The notes below the pieces were generated by a model. That model saw only the letters and a program-made list of their open reading frames with translations. It was not told where the DNA came from and made no database searches. From Thermoanaerobaculia bacterium (GTDB lineage Bacteria; Acidobacteriota; Thermoanaerobaculia; UBA5066), in assembly GCA_038245905.1 (NCBI GenBank), contig JBBRRY010000016.1:1-64000 (forward strand): 64,000 nucleotides of DNA. The letters are read 5' to 3'. Made by a program: the position numbers and the translations under genes. Below are positions 30,844-38,756 of this stretch, piece after piece. The number at the start of each line of letters is the position of its first letter. The first letter of the stretch is position 1.

Positions 30844-30882
30844 AGATTACAACCTGCAGCTGGACGAGATTACAACCTGTAG
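30844..30882 (+). repeat. 16-bp direct repeat, period 23
   Basis: AGATTACAACCTGCAG (30844-30859) and AGATTACAACCTGTAG (30867-30882). Confidence 0.85.
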
Positions 30883-30898
30883 AAGGAAGGAGATTCAA

Positions 30899-31021
30899 AT
30901 GGATGGTGCCGGCCGCGGATGCCTTGCTTCACTGATCTCGTGGAAGCTCGGCGGAGGGTTGATCTCGACGATCGTCATCTTCGTCATCGCGTATGCGCTG
31001 TTGGGGCACGTGCACTGTTGA
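30899..31021 (+). CDS. 40-aa small membrane protein
   Basis: MDGAGRGCLASLISWKLGGGLISTIVIFVIAYALLGHVHC; AAGGAG RBS. Confidence 0.6.
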   Translation: MDGAGRGCLASLISWKLGGGLISTIVIFVIAYALLGHVHC

Positions 31022-31107
31022 GGCCCTCTCTAAACGTCGGCTCTCGACGCTGGTGCCCTGGCGACGAGCCAACTATGAGGTCCTGATCGGAGGCCCGATT
31101 CAGAGCA

Positions 31108-31123
31108 TGGCACACGCGTTGCG
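31108..31123 (+). promoter_or_regulatory. Sigma-54 promoter
   Basis: TGGCACACGCGTTGCG, upstream of ATG 31146. Confidence 0.85.
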
Positions 31124-31145
31124 ATGGCTGGCTCGGGAGGCAGTT

Positions 31146-31481
31146 ATGGAAAGTGTTCTCAACCCCTCGGCTCAGGATGCAGTACGGAGGGTCGCTAATG
31201 ATGCGCGAAAAATCGGCACCGAGTTCAAGAGCGATTTCGATCGCGCCGTCGGCAAGAGTAAGGACTCCGTTGCGGGTCTCGGTGAAAGTCTGCGCGGCGC
31301 GGCGGAAGCCGTGGCGGCGTCCGGACGCGAACTCGGCGAGGAGTACCTGAAACGTGGCCAGAGGCAGGTCTCGCGAACTTCGGAGCGCGTATCCGCATAT
31401 GCCGACGACAACACCGCCGCGGTGACGATTGGCGCTTTCGGCGCCGGCCTCCTCGTCGGATATCTCGTAAGCCGTCGTTAG
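31146..31481 (+). CDS. DUF883/ElaB/YqjD-like tail-anchored stress protein
   Basis: GGGAGG RBS; helical body; C-terminal YADDNTAAVTIGAFGAGLLVGYLVSRR. Confidence 0.75.
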   Translation: MESVLNPSAQDAVRRVANDARKIGTEFKSDFDRAVGKSKDSVAGLGESLRGAAEAVAASGRELGEEYLKRGQRQVSRTSERVSAYADDNTAAVTIGAFGAGLLVGYLVSRR

Positions 31482-31499
31482 ACCAGGAAGGAGTCACAA

Positions 31500-31997
31500 A
31501 TGAAAACAACAGTAGACGAAACTGAGCCAATCGTAGAAAAACATGCGAACCGGGATCCCATCACCGGCCAGCCAGGGTCCCATCCTGTAGGCACGGGCAT
31601 CGGTTCAGCAAGCGCGGCGGCTGCCGGAGCCGCCGTTGGCGCAGCGGTCGGCGGACCGGTCGGCGCCGTCGTCGGCGCCGTCGCCGGAGCGGTTGCTGGC
31701 GGCGCGGCCGGCCACGCCGCGGGAGAGAAGCTGGATCCGACGGTCGAGACCGCATATTGGCGGAAGAACTACGGGACGCGTCCCTATTACCGGGAAGACC
31801 GCAAGTTCGAGGACCTCGAACCGGCTTATCGATATGGATGGGAGCAGGCGAGCTCCGCACAGGCCGGAAAGCGTTTCGACGACGTCGAGCGCGAGCTCGA
31901 GCGTACGTGGCCGATTGCTCGCGGAAGAAGCACCGCCGAGTGGAGAGACGTCCGTGACGCCACGCGCGACTCCTGGATTCGGGTGCGCGGAAGCTGA
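31500..31997 (+). CDS. Glycine-zipper general stress protein (hypothetical)
   Basis: NRDPITGQPGSHPVGTGIG, Gly/Ala zipper, YWRKNY..PAYRYGW; AAGGAG RBS. Confidence 0.8.
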   Translation: MKTTVDETEPIVEKHANRDPITGQPGSHPVGTGIGSASAAAAGAAVGAAVGGPVGAVVGAVAGAVAGGAAGHAAGEKLDPTVETAYWRKNYGTRPYYREDRKFEDLEPAYRYGWEQASSAQAGKRFDDVERELERTWPIARGRSTAEWRDVRDATRDSWIRVRGS

Positions 31998-32007
31998 ATG
32001 ATCGTGA

Positions 32008-32031
32008 GAAGGGGGCCGCCCGGCCCCCTTC
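32008..32031. terminator. Hairpin between convergent genes
   Basis: GAAGGGGGCCG-CC-CGGCCCCCTTC. Confidence 0.6.
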
Positions 32032-32115
32032 GTTCTCCTGACCGGCAGACGTCGCGAACGACGGCACATCTCACCGTCGCCCGCCCGTACCCCGGTGACC
32101 GATGGAGGCGACGCC

Positions 32116-32589
32116 TCATCCGCCGAGCTTCCGTGCCGAACGGCGGCCGGCTTCCTCGATCGAATGGGACTTCGTCAGGGATTCTTCCTTTCGGGTCAGG
32201 TCCGAAAGCTGCCTGTAATGCTTATGGAGGAGTTCGAGCTCGGCTTCCGTCAACCCTTCGGCGTCGATGAGCCTGTTGCTCGCCCCCTCGAGCGCCGCCA
32301 CGAGCTCGTTGAGCTTGAGGTGCAGGGCGAGTGAATCCTTGTTCTGGCTCCGCTGAATGAGGAAAACCATGAGGAACGTGACAATCGTCGTCCCGGTGTT
32401 GATGACGAGCTGCCATGTGTCCGAGAAGCGGAAGATCGGGCCCAGGGCCGCCCAGACCACGATCACGAGGGCGGCGATCGCGAACGCCGGGGAGGATCCC
32501 GCCGCGGCGGTCGCGTGCCGCGAGACCCTCTCGAGGACGTTTGGAACCCGGCGCGCGTCGAGAGTCTTCTGGCCTTTGCGTGCGCTCAA
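32116..32589 (-). CDS. Low-affinity iron permease family protein (Fet4-like domain)
   Basis: FSDTWQLVINTGTTIVTFLMVFLIQRSQNKD..LKLNEL; start uncertain (TTG 32589). Confidence 0.85.
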   Translation of the reverse strand: MSARKGQKTLDARRVPNVLERVSRHATAAAGSSPAFAIAALVIVVWAALGPIFRFSDTWQLVINTGTTIVTFLMVFLIQRSQNKDSLALHLKLNELVAALEGASNRLIDAEGLTEAELELLHKHYRQLSDLTRKEESLTKSHSIEEAGRRSARKLGG

Positions 32590-34307
32590 TTGCGGCCTTT
32601 CGTTTCCTGTCGCGTCGGGTCCGTCGTATTCTTCATGGAGATCCCCTTTCTCTCTGCTTCGCGGAAAGGGGGCGGCGGCTTTCCCTTCGTCTTCTTTCCG
32701 CCGAGCTCGCGATCGAAGCCGGGCAGGATCGAACGGAAGAAGGCGTTCTCGACTAGCTTCAGCGCGATCTGCCATCCGCTCGTGCGGGGACCGTCGATGC
32801 GGCCGGAGACGTTCGCGACCGTCGCCACCTCTTTCCGCTCGTGGTTCTTGAGGAGTCCCGCGACGCCGCCAACGAGCATCTCGTAGGCCTGGCGGAACAA
32901 CGTCTTGTCCCGGTCCTGCCGCCGGTCATAGACCTTCATTCCCTTGAACAGCGGCTTGACGTAGCCCTCGAGATTGCCGTCCCGGGCTTTCAGCTCGGTA
33001 TAGAACGAGAACTCTCCCGCGACAACGTCGAACTTACCGTACGCCCGGAGGAGATCGTTCATGCGCGTCATGTCCGTGGCCTCGATCCGGAGATTCAGGT
33101 CGAAGTCGGGGCTGGCAGCACCCTCCCGAAACGAGCCGGTGAGCCGGGTGTCTCCGCTTCCGAGAAACCGCCCGCGCAGGTCGAAATGGGCCCTCGTTCC
33201 GGAGGCGTGATTTCCGAGGTCCGAGATCGAGCCGTCGAGCTTGGAAAGGTAGGCGCGATACGCCGGATCCTTCGTGCGATTCACGAATCCGATCTCGCTC
33301 CCCGCGATCACCGCCTTGTCGAGCACGAGCGTCCATTCCGGATTCGACGGAGGCCGCTTCTTCCCCTTCGCGACCGCCTTAGCGCTCGGGCGCTCGGACG
33401 GCGCAACCGGTTCCGCGGAAGCCTTCTTCGCCAGGACATAGTCCAGTCTGACGCCCGAGAGCGTGAGCGCCGAGAGCCGTGCGTTGCGCACGGACGGGGA
33501 CGTTTCCATCTCGCCGCCGGCGGCGAGAACCCCGCCCTTGAGGACGAACGCCGTGTGCGTGAGGACGGGAAGGGAGAGCGCGTCGAGAGGAACCGCGTCG
33601 AGGCGGAAGAGGGCGTGAAAGCCGGGGTACGGCTCGGCCAGAAAGTCGGCGTGCCCGTCGAGAACGCCGCGGCCCGATCCGAAGAGCGTCGCCTCGGCGT
33701 GGATGGGCGACGGATAGACCTGGGGCTTCGACTGGACGTTTCGGATGTCGCTCGCGTGAATCCGGAGCGCGGTCATGCGGATGGGGTGCGCCGGGTCCGC
33801 ATCGACGTAGGTGATCGTCCCGTCCTCGACGCGAAAGACATCGATCTTGAGCGGCGTGACCTCCTGCAAGGCCTCCTGCCAGCCACGCTCGTTCACGGGT
33901 ACGCCGTCCTTCACCTCCTGCCGCAGCTGCACGAGGTTGACGTCGACCCGAGGCCGCTCCAGGAGGACGTCACCGACGAGATGGCCCGAGAACAGGGCGC
34001 GCCAATGAACACTCGTCATCAGGCGGTCGACGAGAAGCACCGGGGGCTCCGGGTGAGCCTTCTGCCTTACGACGAGCCCCTCGAGGGTCATCGAAAGGGA
34101 GAAGAGCCGGAAATGCAGCTTCGGCAAGCGCACCTCGTATCCCTCCAGCCTCTCGTTCATGCGGCGCTCGATACTGCGCCGCAAGGGCTCGTCGACGAAA
34201 AAGGACGCGACGACGATCAGCAAAGTCAGGGCAAGCCAGATCCCGGAGACCCACGTCGCGAGGACGGCGGCGCGCCTTTTCTTCGAGCCCGTCACGCCTG
34301 GCGTCAA
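32586..34307 (-). CDS. DUF748-like (AsmA-like) membrane-anchored protein
   Basis: N-terminal TM helix, beta-rich body, GYVKPLFK..LVENAFFRSILPGF. Confidence 0.7.
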   Translation of the reverse strand: MTPGVTGSKKRRAAVLATWVSGIWLALTLLIVVASFFVDEPLRRSIERRMNERLEGYEVRLPKLHFRLFSLSMTLEGLVVRQKAHPEPPVLLVDRLMTSVHWRALFSGHLVGDVLLERPRVDVNLVQLRQEVKDGVPVNERGWQEALQEVTPLKIDVFRVEDGTITYVDADPAHPIRMTALRIHASDIRNVQSKPQVYPSPIHAEATLFGSGRGVLDGHADFLAEPYPGFHALFRLDAVPLDALSLPVLTHTAFVLKGGVLAAGGEMETSPSVRNARLSALTLSGVRLDYVLAKKASAEPVAPSERPSAKAVAKGKKRPPSNPEWTLVLDKAVIAGSEIGFVNRTKDPAYRAYLSKLDGSISDLGNHASGTRAHFDLRGRFLGSGDTRLTGSFREGAASPDFDLNLRIEATDMTRMNDLLRAYGKFDVVAGEFSFYTELKARDGNLEGYVKPLFKGMKVYDRRQDRDKTLFRQAYEMLVGGVAGLLKNHERKEVATVANVSGRIDGPRTSGWQIALKLVENAFFRSILPGFDRELGGKKTKGKPPPPFREAERKGISMKNTTDPTRQETKGRN

Positions 34308-34741
34308 GCCGCTGCCGCGGGCTTCTCGCCCTTCATGACGGCGTCGACAGCCGCCTCCTGCCCTTCCGCGTTCTCGCTCGTCGCGGCCCTAAGGGACGCG
34401 TGGTCCTCGACGGCATCGGGATGGAGGTAGTCGTCGAGCCAGTGCTTCTCGACGACGGGATACGCCGCGACGAGAGGCAGGGCGAGGATCGCCCCGACGA
34501 CGCCGTCCAGCATGCCTCCCACCACGATCGCGAGGAGGACCGTGAGCGTGGAAATGCGGAGGCGGTTTCCGTAGAGCTTGGGCGTCAAAAGATACGCCTC
34601 GAAGAGGTGATAGACGAGGTAGAGGCCCAAAACGATCAGCGCTGTGGACGAGCTGACCGTGAGCAAGACCAGCGCCGCCGCCGCCATGGCGATGAAGATG
34701 CCGGCGACGGGCACGGCGTCGCAGACCCCCGCGACGCTCAA
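34304..34741 (-). pseudogene. AI-2E (PerM) family transporter, C-terminal fragment only
   Basis: CDAVPVAG..EAYLLTPKLYG..GVVGAILALP is the C-terminal half of AI-2E permeases; begins 1 nt after the upstream stop with no RBS. Confidence 0.75.
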
Positions 34742-34742
34742 A

Positions 34743-35345
34743 TCAGGCCTTCTTCTCTCCGTTGAGCGACTTCAGCAGATCCGACATGTCGTCGGCGTGC
34801 TCTTCTTCTTCGCCCAGGATCCACTCGAAAAGCCGGCGCGTCGTGGAGTCGTCCTTGCCCACGTAGTCGATCATTTCCTTGTACGACTCGATCGCGATCC
34901 GCTCGGCCACGAGATCCTCGCGGATCATGTCAACGAGCGTCTCTCCCTCTTGATATTCCGTGTGACTCTTCGAGAGGAGCCCGGCCGGATTGAGGTCGGG
35001 CTCGCCCCCGAGCTGCCGGATCCGCTCGCAGATGCGGTCCGCGTGGACCTGCTCCTCGTTCGCGTGCTCGAGGAACTCCTGCTTGACGGGCTCGGCGTGA
35101 ATGCCCTCCGCCATGAAGTAATGCCGCTTGTACCGAAGGACGCACACGATTTCGGTCGCGAGGGCGACGTTGAGCAGGCGCGTCACCTTCTGGGCGTCGG
35201 CGCGATAGCTCGGCGTGACGGCCCCTTCCTCGATCTCCTTGCGCGCGCGCTTGCGCAGCTCCTTGACGTCGCTCAGGAAGGGATGACGAGACGACGCATC
35301 TTTCTTTTTCCCTGAACCGCCAGCATGAGTCTTCATCGCGCTCAC
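34743..35345 (-). CDS. Bacterioferritin-like / ferritin-like diiron protein
   Basis: LATEIVCVLRYKRH, EEQVHAD, EDLVAERIAIESY, EEEEHADD. Confidence 0.88.
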   Translation of the reverse strand: MSAMKTHAGGSGKKKDASSRHPFLSDVKELRKRARKEIEEGAVTPSYRADAQKVTRLLNVALATEIVCVLRYKRHYFMAEGIHAEPVKQEFLEHANEEQVHADRICERIRQLGGEPDLNPAGLLSKSHTEYQEGETLVDMIREDLVAERIAIESYKEMIDYVGKDDSTTRRLFEWILGEEEEHADDMSDLLKSLNGEKKA

Positions 35346-35656
35346 GATTCCCGCGTCACGAGGTGTCCTACGAGAAGCCCGACCCCGAAAGCGGCTATGG
35401 CTACGAGAGCGGTGTTGTCGTCCGCGTATGTCGTGACGCGCTCAGCGGCCTTTCCGGCCTTCTTGCGCGCGGACTCCACGTAGTCGCGGGCGCGATCGGC
35501 GACACCCTGTGCGTCGACTCCGAGTCCCTCGGCCGCCTCTTTGCCGCGCGAGACGACGTCGTCGAAATTCTTTTTCACTTCGCTCCCGAGCTTCTGGGCT
35601 TCGCGAGCGGTCTTCCTTGCCTGTTCCTCGACGGCGGGGCTGTACATGTTTTCCAT
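35342..35656 (-). CDS. DUF883/ElaB-like protein, paralog of 31146-31481
   Basis: YADDNTALVAIAAFGVGLLVGHLV; GGAGG RBS. Confidence 0.78.
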   Translation of the reverse strand: MENMYSPAVEEQARKTAREAQKLGSEVKKNFDDVVSRGKEAAEGLGVDAQGVADRARDYVESARKKAGKAAERVTTYADDNTALVAIAAFGVGLLVGHLVTRES

Positions 35657-35680
35657 TTCCGGGCCTCCGGTTCCTTGACG

Positions 35681-35696
35681 TGCAACGCACGTGCCA
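35681..35696 (-). promoter_or_regulatory. Sigma-54 promoter
   Basis: Minus strand TGGCACGTGCGTTGCA, near-perfect consensus. Confidence 0.9.
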
Positions 35697-35711
35697 AAAG
35701 AGTCACCTCAA

Positions 35712-37208
35712 TCACCTCGTCGGATCCGGCTCCCCGACGTCGCGAGGCTGATCCGTCCTCAGCCCTCCGGGACGGCCCTCCTTCTCGAACCAGGCCATGG
35801 CCCCGAGGATGTGGAACGCGGCCCCGCTCGACCCGAGGCCGACCCCGACGGACAGGCGGCCCTTCCGGATCAGAAGCGCCCCCCAAGTGCGTCGACGCGT
35901 TTCGCGGTAGTCACCTTCGAGGAGAAACGTGCCCGCCTCCAGGCTCGCCTTCGAGATCGTCAGGCGGCCCGGGGTGCGCACGACGTGGCCCTCCGCTCCG
36001 AAGTCGCGCAGGTCGAGGAACCCAGCCAGCCATTTCGGCGGGCCCGTCGGAAGGAAAGCCACGAGTGGACGGCCATCCCGGAGGCGAGCGGCGACTCGCG
36101 CGTCCAGTGCACCGTCGGCGAGCCTGAGACGCGCTTCCGGAGTCGTGAACGTTCCCTCCCAGGCCTCTCCCGCCGCGCCATCCAGCGAAAGATGCGAAAG
36201 CGCGAGGCTTGTCCCGCCGAGTGCGACCGTTCCTGCGTGGAAGTCGATCGGCCGCGCCCTCAGAGCAGCGCGCGCGGAGCCGCGGAAGACCCGCTTCCCG
36301 GCCTTCACGAGGAGCCCCCGCGCGTCGGCGTCGACACGCGCGCCCCCGCGCCCGCCGTCAAGCACGACGCCGATCCTCACGGACCCGATCCCGCCTGCGA
36401 CCCGGGCTCCGTCGCCGTCGGAGGAAAGGAAGTCGAGGCCCTGGAGAGTGCCGTGAAGGTCGGTCATCCCGGACATGATCTTCCACACCTCGTTGCCGGG
36501 ATAATCCTGCGTCTCGAAACGCGGCAGCGCGGCGCGGATGGCGCCCAGGGTTCCGCGAGAGACCTCGCCTTCACCGAATTGGAGGGTCCCGCCGGTGACC
36601 GAGAGCTCGGCAGGAAAGACCTCGGCATGGCGGCCCGGGAGTAGATCGAGCCCTCCTCCGAGGCGCGCCGCTCCTGTCCAATGCCAGGAGTCGATCCAGA
36701 TCTCCCTGACAAGGCGCACGTCGAGCTCGTCCATCACGATCCGCCATGGGTTTCCCGCGACCGCGGGCGCCGGCGGATCGCGAAGCGGCGGATCGGCGAA
36801 CCCCACGATGGCGGGATAGCGCGCGAGCCGGGCGGGCGTCGCCTCGAGACGCTCGAGTCGCTCGCGGAGCCGGAACGAGAGGACCCCCGCGCGCACCGAA
36901 CTCGCCCGGAAACGGCGCCTCAAGAGATCAGAGAGGCACACGCGAACCGTCACGCCTTCGAGCCGGGCCTCCCACTCGATGTTCGAATCCCGGCTTCGAA
37001 GGAGAAGCATGTCGAATCGGAGGCTCCCGGGCAGGAGCGATCGCGCGCCGGTGTATGTGACGAAGAGCGCCTCCGGGTCCGAGTTGATCTGCCCGGAAAG
37101 CCAGTCCGACCGCAGCGCGAGATTGGTCGCTCCGACGACGAGAACAAGGCACACGCAAGCGGCCACGGCGAGCCCAAGCACGACCTGTCGCGGGCCCGGG
37201 CGCGTCAT
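35712..37208 (-). CDS. Hypothetical membrane-anchored beta-rich protein (AsmA-like?)
   Basis: N-terminal TM helix followed by amphipathic beta strands. Confidence 0.6.
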   Translation of the reverse strand: MTRPGPRQVVLGLAVAACVCLVLVVGATNLALRSDWLSGQINSDPEALFVTYTGARSLLPGSLRFDMLLLRSRDSNIEWEARLEGVTVRVCLSDLLRRRFRASSVRAGVLSFRLRERLERLEATPARLARYPAIVGFADPPLRDPPAPAVAGNPWRIVMDELDVRLVREIWIDSWHWTGAARLGGGLDLLPGRHAEVFPAELSVTGGTLQFGEGEVSRGTLGAIRAALPRFETQDYPGNEVWKIMSGMTDLHGTLQGLDFLSSDGDGARVAGGIGSVRIGVVLDGGRGGARVDADARGLLVKAGKRVFRGSARAALRARPIDFHAGTVALGGTSLALSHLSLDGAAGEAWEGTFTTPEARLRLADGALDARVAARLRDGRPLVAFLPTGPPKWLAGFLDLRDFGAEGHVVRTPGRLTISKASLEAGTFLLEGDYRETRRRTWGALLIRKGRLSVGVGLGSSGAAFHILGAMAWFEKEGRPGGLRTDQPRDVGEPDPTR

Positions 37209-37260
37209 TGGCGCCGCCGAACCTCAGCGTACGGGGTTGACGGTGAGAGTCCTTGCCACG

Positions 37261-37878
37261 TCACGCGTGAATGGTCGCCGGGACCGGGGTTGCGGCCATC
37301 TCGAAACGGCGAGCCGCGACTTCCCAGTCCGATGCGGCGAGGAACGCGTCGATATACTCTCCGCGCTTCGTGCCGTAGTCGGCCATGTAGGCGTGCTCGA
37401 AGGCGTCCATCAGGAGAAGCACCGGACATCCCGCGAGGTGGCCACGATCGTGTTCGTCGACCCAGACGTTGAAGAGGCGGCTGGCTTCCACGTCCCAGAC
37501 GAGCGCGGCCCAACCGATCCCCCGCAGGCTTCCAGTCGCCCGGAACTCCTTCTCCCAGGCCTCGTGCGAACCGAAGTCCCGCGCCACCTGCGCCCCGAGA
37601 CCGGTAGTCTTTTCCAGATTCGCCCTTTTCTTTGTCAGATTTCCAAAGTAGACCTCGTGAAGGCGCATGCCATTCCATTCCCAGCCGAAGCGGCGCTTGA
37701 GCTCGGACCAGGCCGGTGTGGGCGGCTTCACGGGGGACGCGGCCCCCAGCTCGTCATGGAGAGCGTTCGCGTTCTTGACGTAGCCGCCATAGAGCTCGAA
37801 ATGCTGCTTCAGGAGCGAATCACTGAAGCCGGGAGTCCCGAGCAGCCGGGTGAAGTCCTTTGCCGAGTAGAGAGCCAT
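37261..37878 (-). CDS. Fe/Mn superoxide dismutase family protein (atypical, ChrC-like)
   Basis: QHFELYGGYV, GMRLHEVYF, GIGWAAL, DAFEHAY; AGGAGG RBS. Confidence 0.88.
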   Translation of the reverse strand: MALYSAKDFTRLLGTPGFSDSLLKQHFELYGGYVKNANALHDELGAASPVKPPTPAWSELKRRFGWEWNGMRLHEVYFGNLTKKRANLEKTTGLGAQVARDFGSHEAWEKEFRATGSLRGIGWAALVWDVEASRLFNVWVDEHDRGHLAGCPVLLLMDAFEHAYMADYGTKRGEYIDAFLAASDWEVAARRFEMAATPVPATIHA

Positions 37879-37901
37879 CGTCGTCCTCCTGAGGGCTGCA
37901 C

Positions 37902-37917
37902 AGCATGAAATGGGCCA
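37902..37917 (-). promoter_or_regulatory. Sigma-54 promoter for the SOD gene
   Basis: Minus strand TGGCCCATTTCATGCT, GG-N10-GC. Confidence 0.65.
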
Positions 37918-37938
37918 GTGCACGCGTCCTGGCGGTTG

Positions 37939-37954
37939 CGGCATGGCTGTTGCT
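37939..37954 (+). promoter_or_regulatory. Sigma-54 promoter
   Basis: CGGCATGGCTGTTGCT, upstream of ATG 37978. Confidence 0.75.
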
Positions 37955-37977
37955 CAAGGCTGGCCAGGAGGAAGATC

Positions 37978-38127
37978 ATGCTTTGGACCATCTTCGTGAT
38001 CCTGCTCGTACTCTGGCTTCTTGGAATGGTGACGTCCTACACGATGGGAGGGTTCATTCACGTCCTCCTCGTGATCGCGATCGTCGTCGTCCTCATCCAG
38101 GTCATTTCGGGCCGCAGAGTCGTGTGA
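37978..38127 (+). CDS. lmo0937-family small membrane protein
   Basis: MLWTIFVILLVLWLLGMVTSYTMGGFIHVLLVIAIVVVLIQVISGRRVV; AGGAGG RBS. Confidence 0.9.
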   Translation: MLWTIFVILLVLWLLGMVTSYTMGGFIHVLLVIAIVVVLIQVISGRRVV

Positions 38128-38133
38128 TCGGAC

Positions 38134-38189
38134 GGACGAAGGGACACCTCCGGCCGCCCCGCAGGACGGCACGGGGTGTCCCTTCGTCC
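38134..38189. terminator. Long hairpin between convergent genes
   Basis: GGACGAAGGGACACC / GGTGTCCCTTCGTCC 15-bp perfect inverted repeat. Confidence 0.65.
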
Positions 38190-38248
38190 ATCAGCCGGCC
38201 GCGCCCTCTCGGCCGCGCGGCCGGCTCTGCCCCCTCGTGGAGCGGTTC

Positions 38249-38704
38249 TCAGCCTTCGTTCTTGACCGTCACGCGGCGGGCCTTGTCGTCGCCCGTCTGC
38301 TCGGTGAGGCGCACGCGAGACCCGACGGCGACAGTCGCGTCGATCGCGACGACCGTGTCTTTCGCGTCGAGGGCGACCATGTGCGTCTTCTTTTCCGCGG
38401 TCATGACCTCGATCTTCTTGCCGGGCTCGTAGAGCGTGACGGTGCCCACGAACGTTTCGACCTTGCCCGTGACGGTGCCGGCACCGGTGTCGGTCTTCGT
38501 CTCCGACTTCGCCTCGAGCGTATTGCCGGCCTGCTTCGACTCCGTGGTCGTCTTCACTTCGCCCTGTGCGGTCTGCGTCGTCGATTCGGTCTTGCGTTCG
38601 ACCGTGCCCGGCTCCGTCTTCGAGCACGCGAAGGCCGAGGCCAGAAACGCCCCGGCCAGGGCACTCACGAGAAAAGAATACCTGCGATTTTGCATGATGT
38701 TCAT
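38249..38704 (-). CDS. Hypothetical lipoprotein
   Basis: Lipobox-like AFAC, Thr/Lys-rich body; GGAGG RBS. Confidence 0.75.
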   Translation of the reverse strand: MNIMQNRRYSFLVSALAGAFLASAFACSKTEPGTVERKTESTTQTAQGEVKTTTESKQAGNTLEAKSETKTDTGAGTVTGKVETFVGTVTLYEPGKKIEVMTAEKKTHMVALDAKDTVVAIDATVAVGSRVRLTEQTGDDKARRVTVKNEG

Positions 38705-38721
38705 GCCTCCCCCCGGACAGG

Positions 38722-38737
38722 AGCAGGGGCCGTGCCA
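38722..38737 (-). promoter_or_regulatory. Sigma-54 promoter
   Basis: Minus strand TGGCACGGCCCCTGCT. Confidence 0.8.
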
Positions 38738-38756
38738 GCAACTCTTTCGGGCGGCT

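Noticed and set aside
30844-30882. CRISPR-like repeat
   Set aside because: Only two 16-bp copies with a 7-bp spacer; no cas genes.
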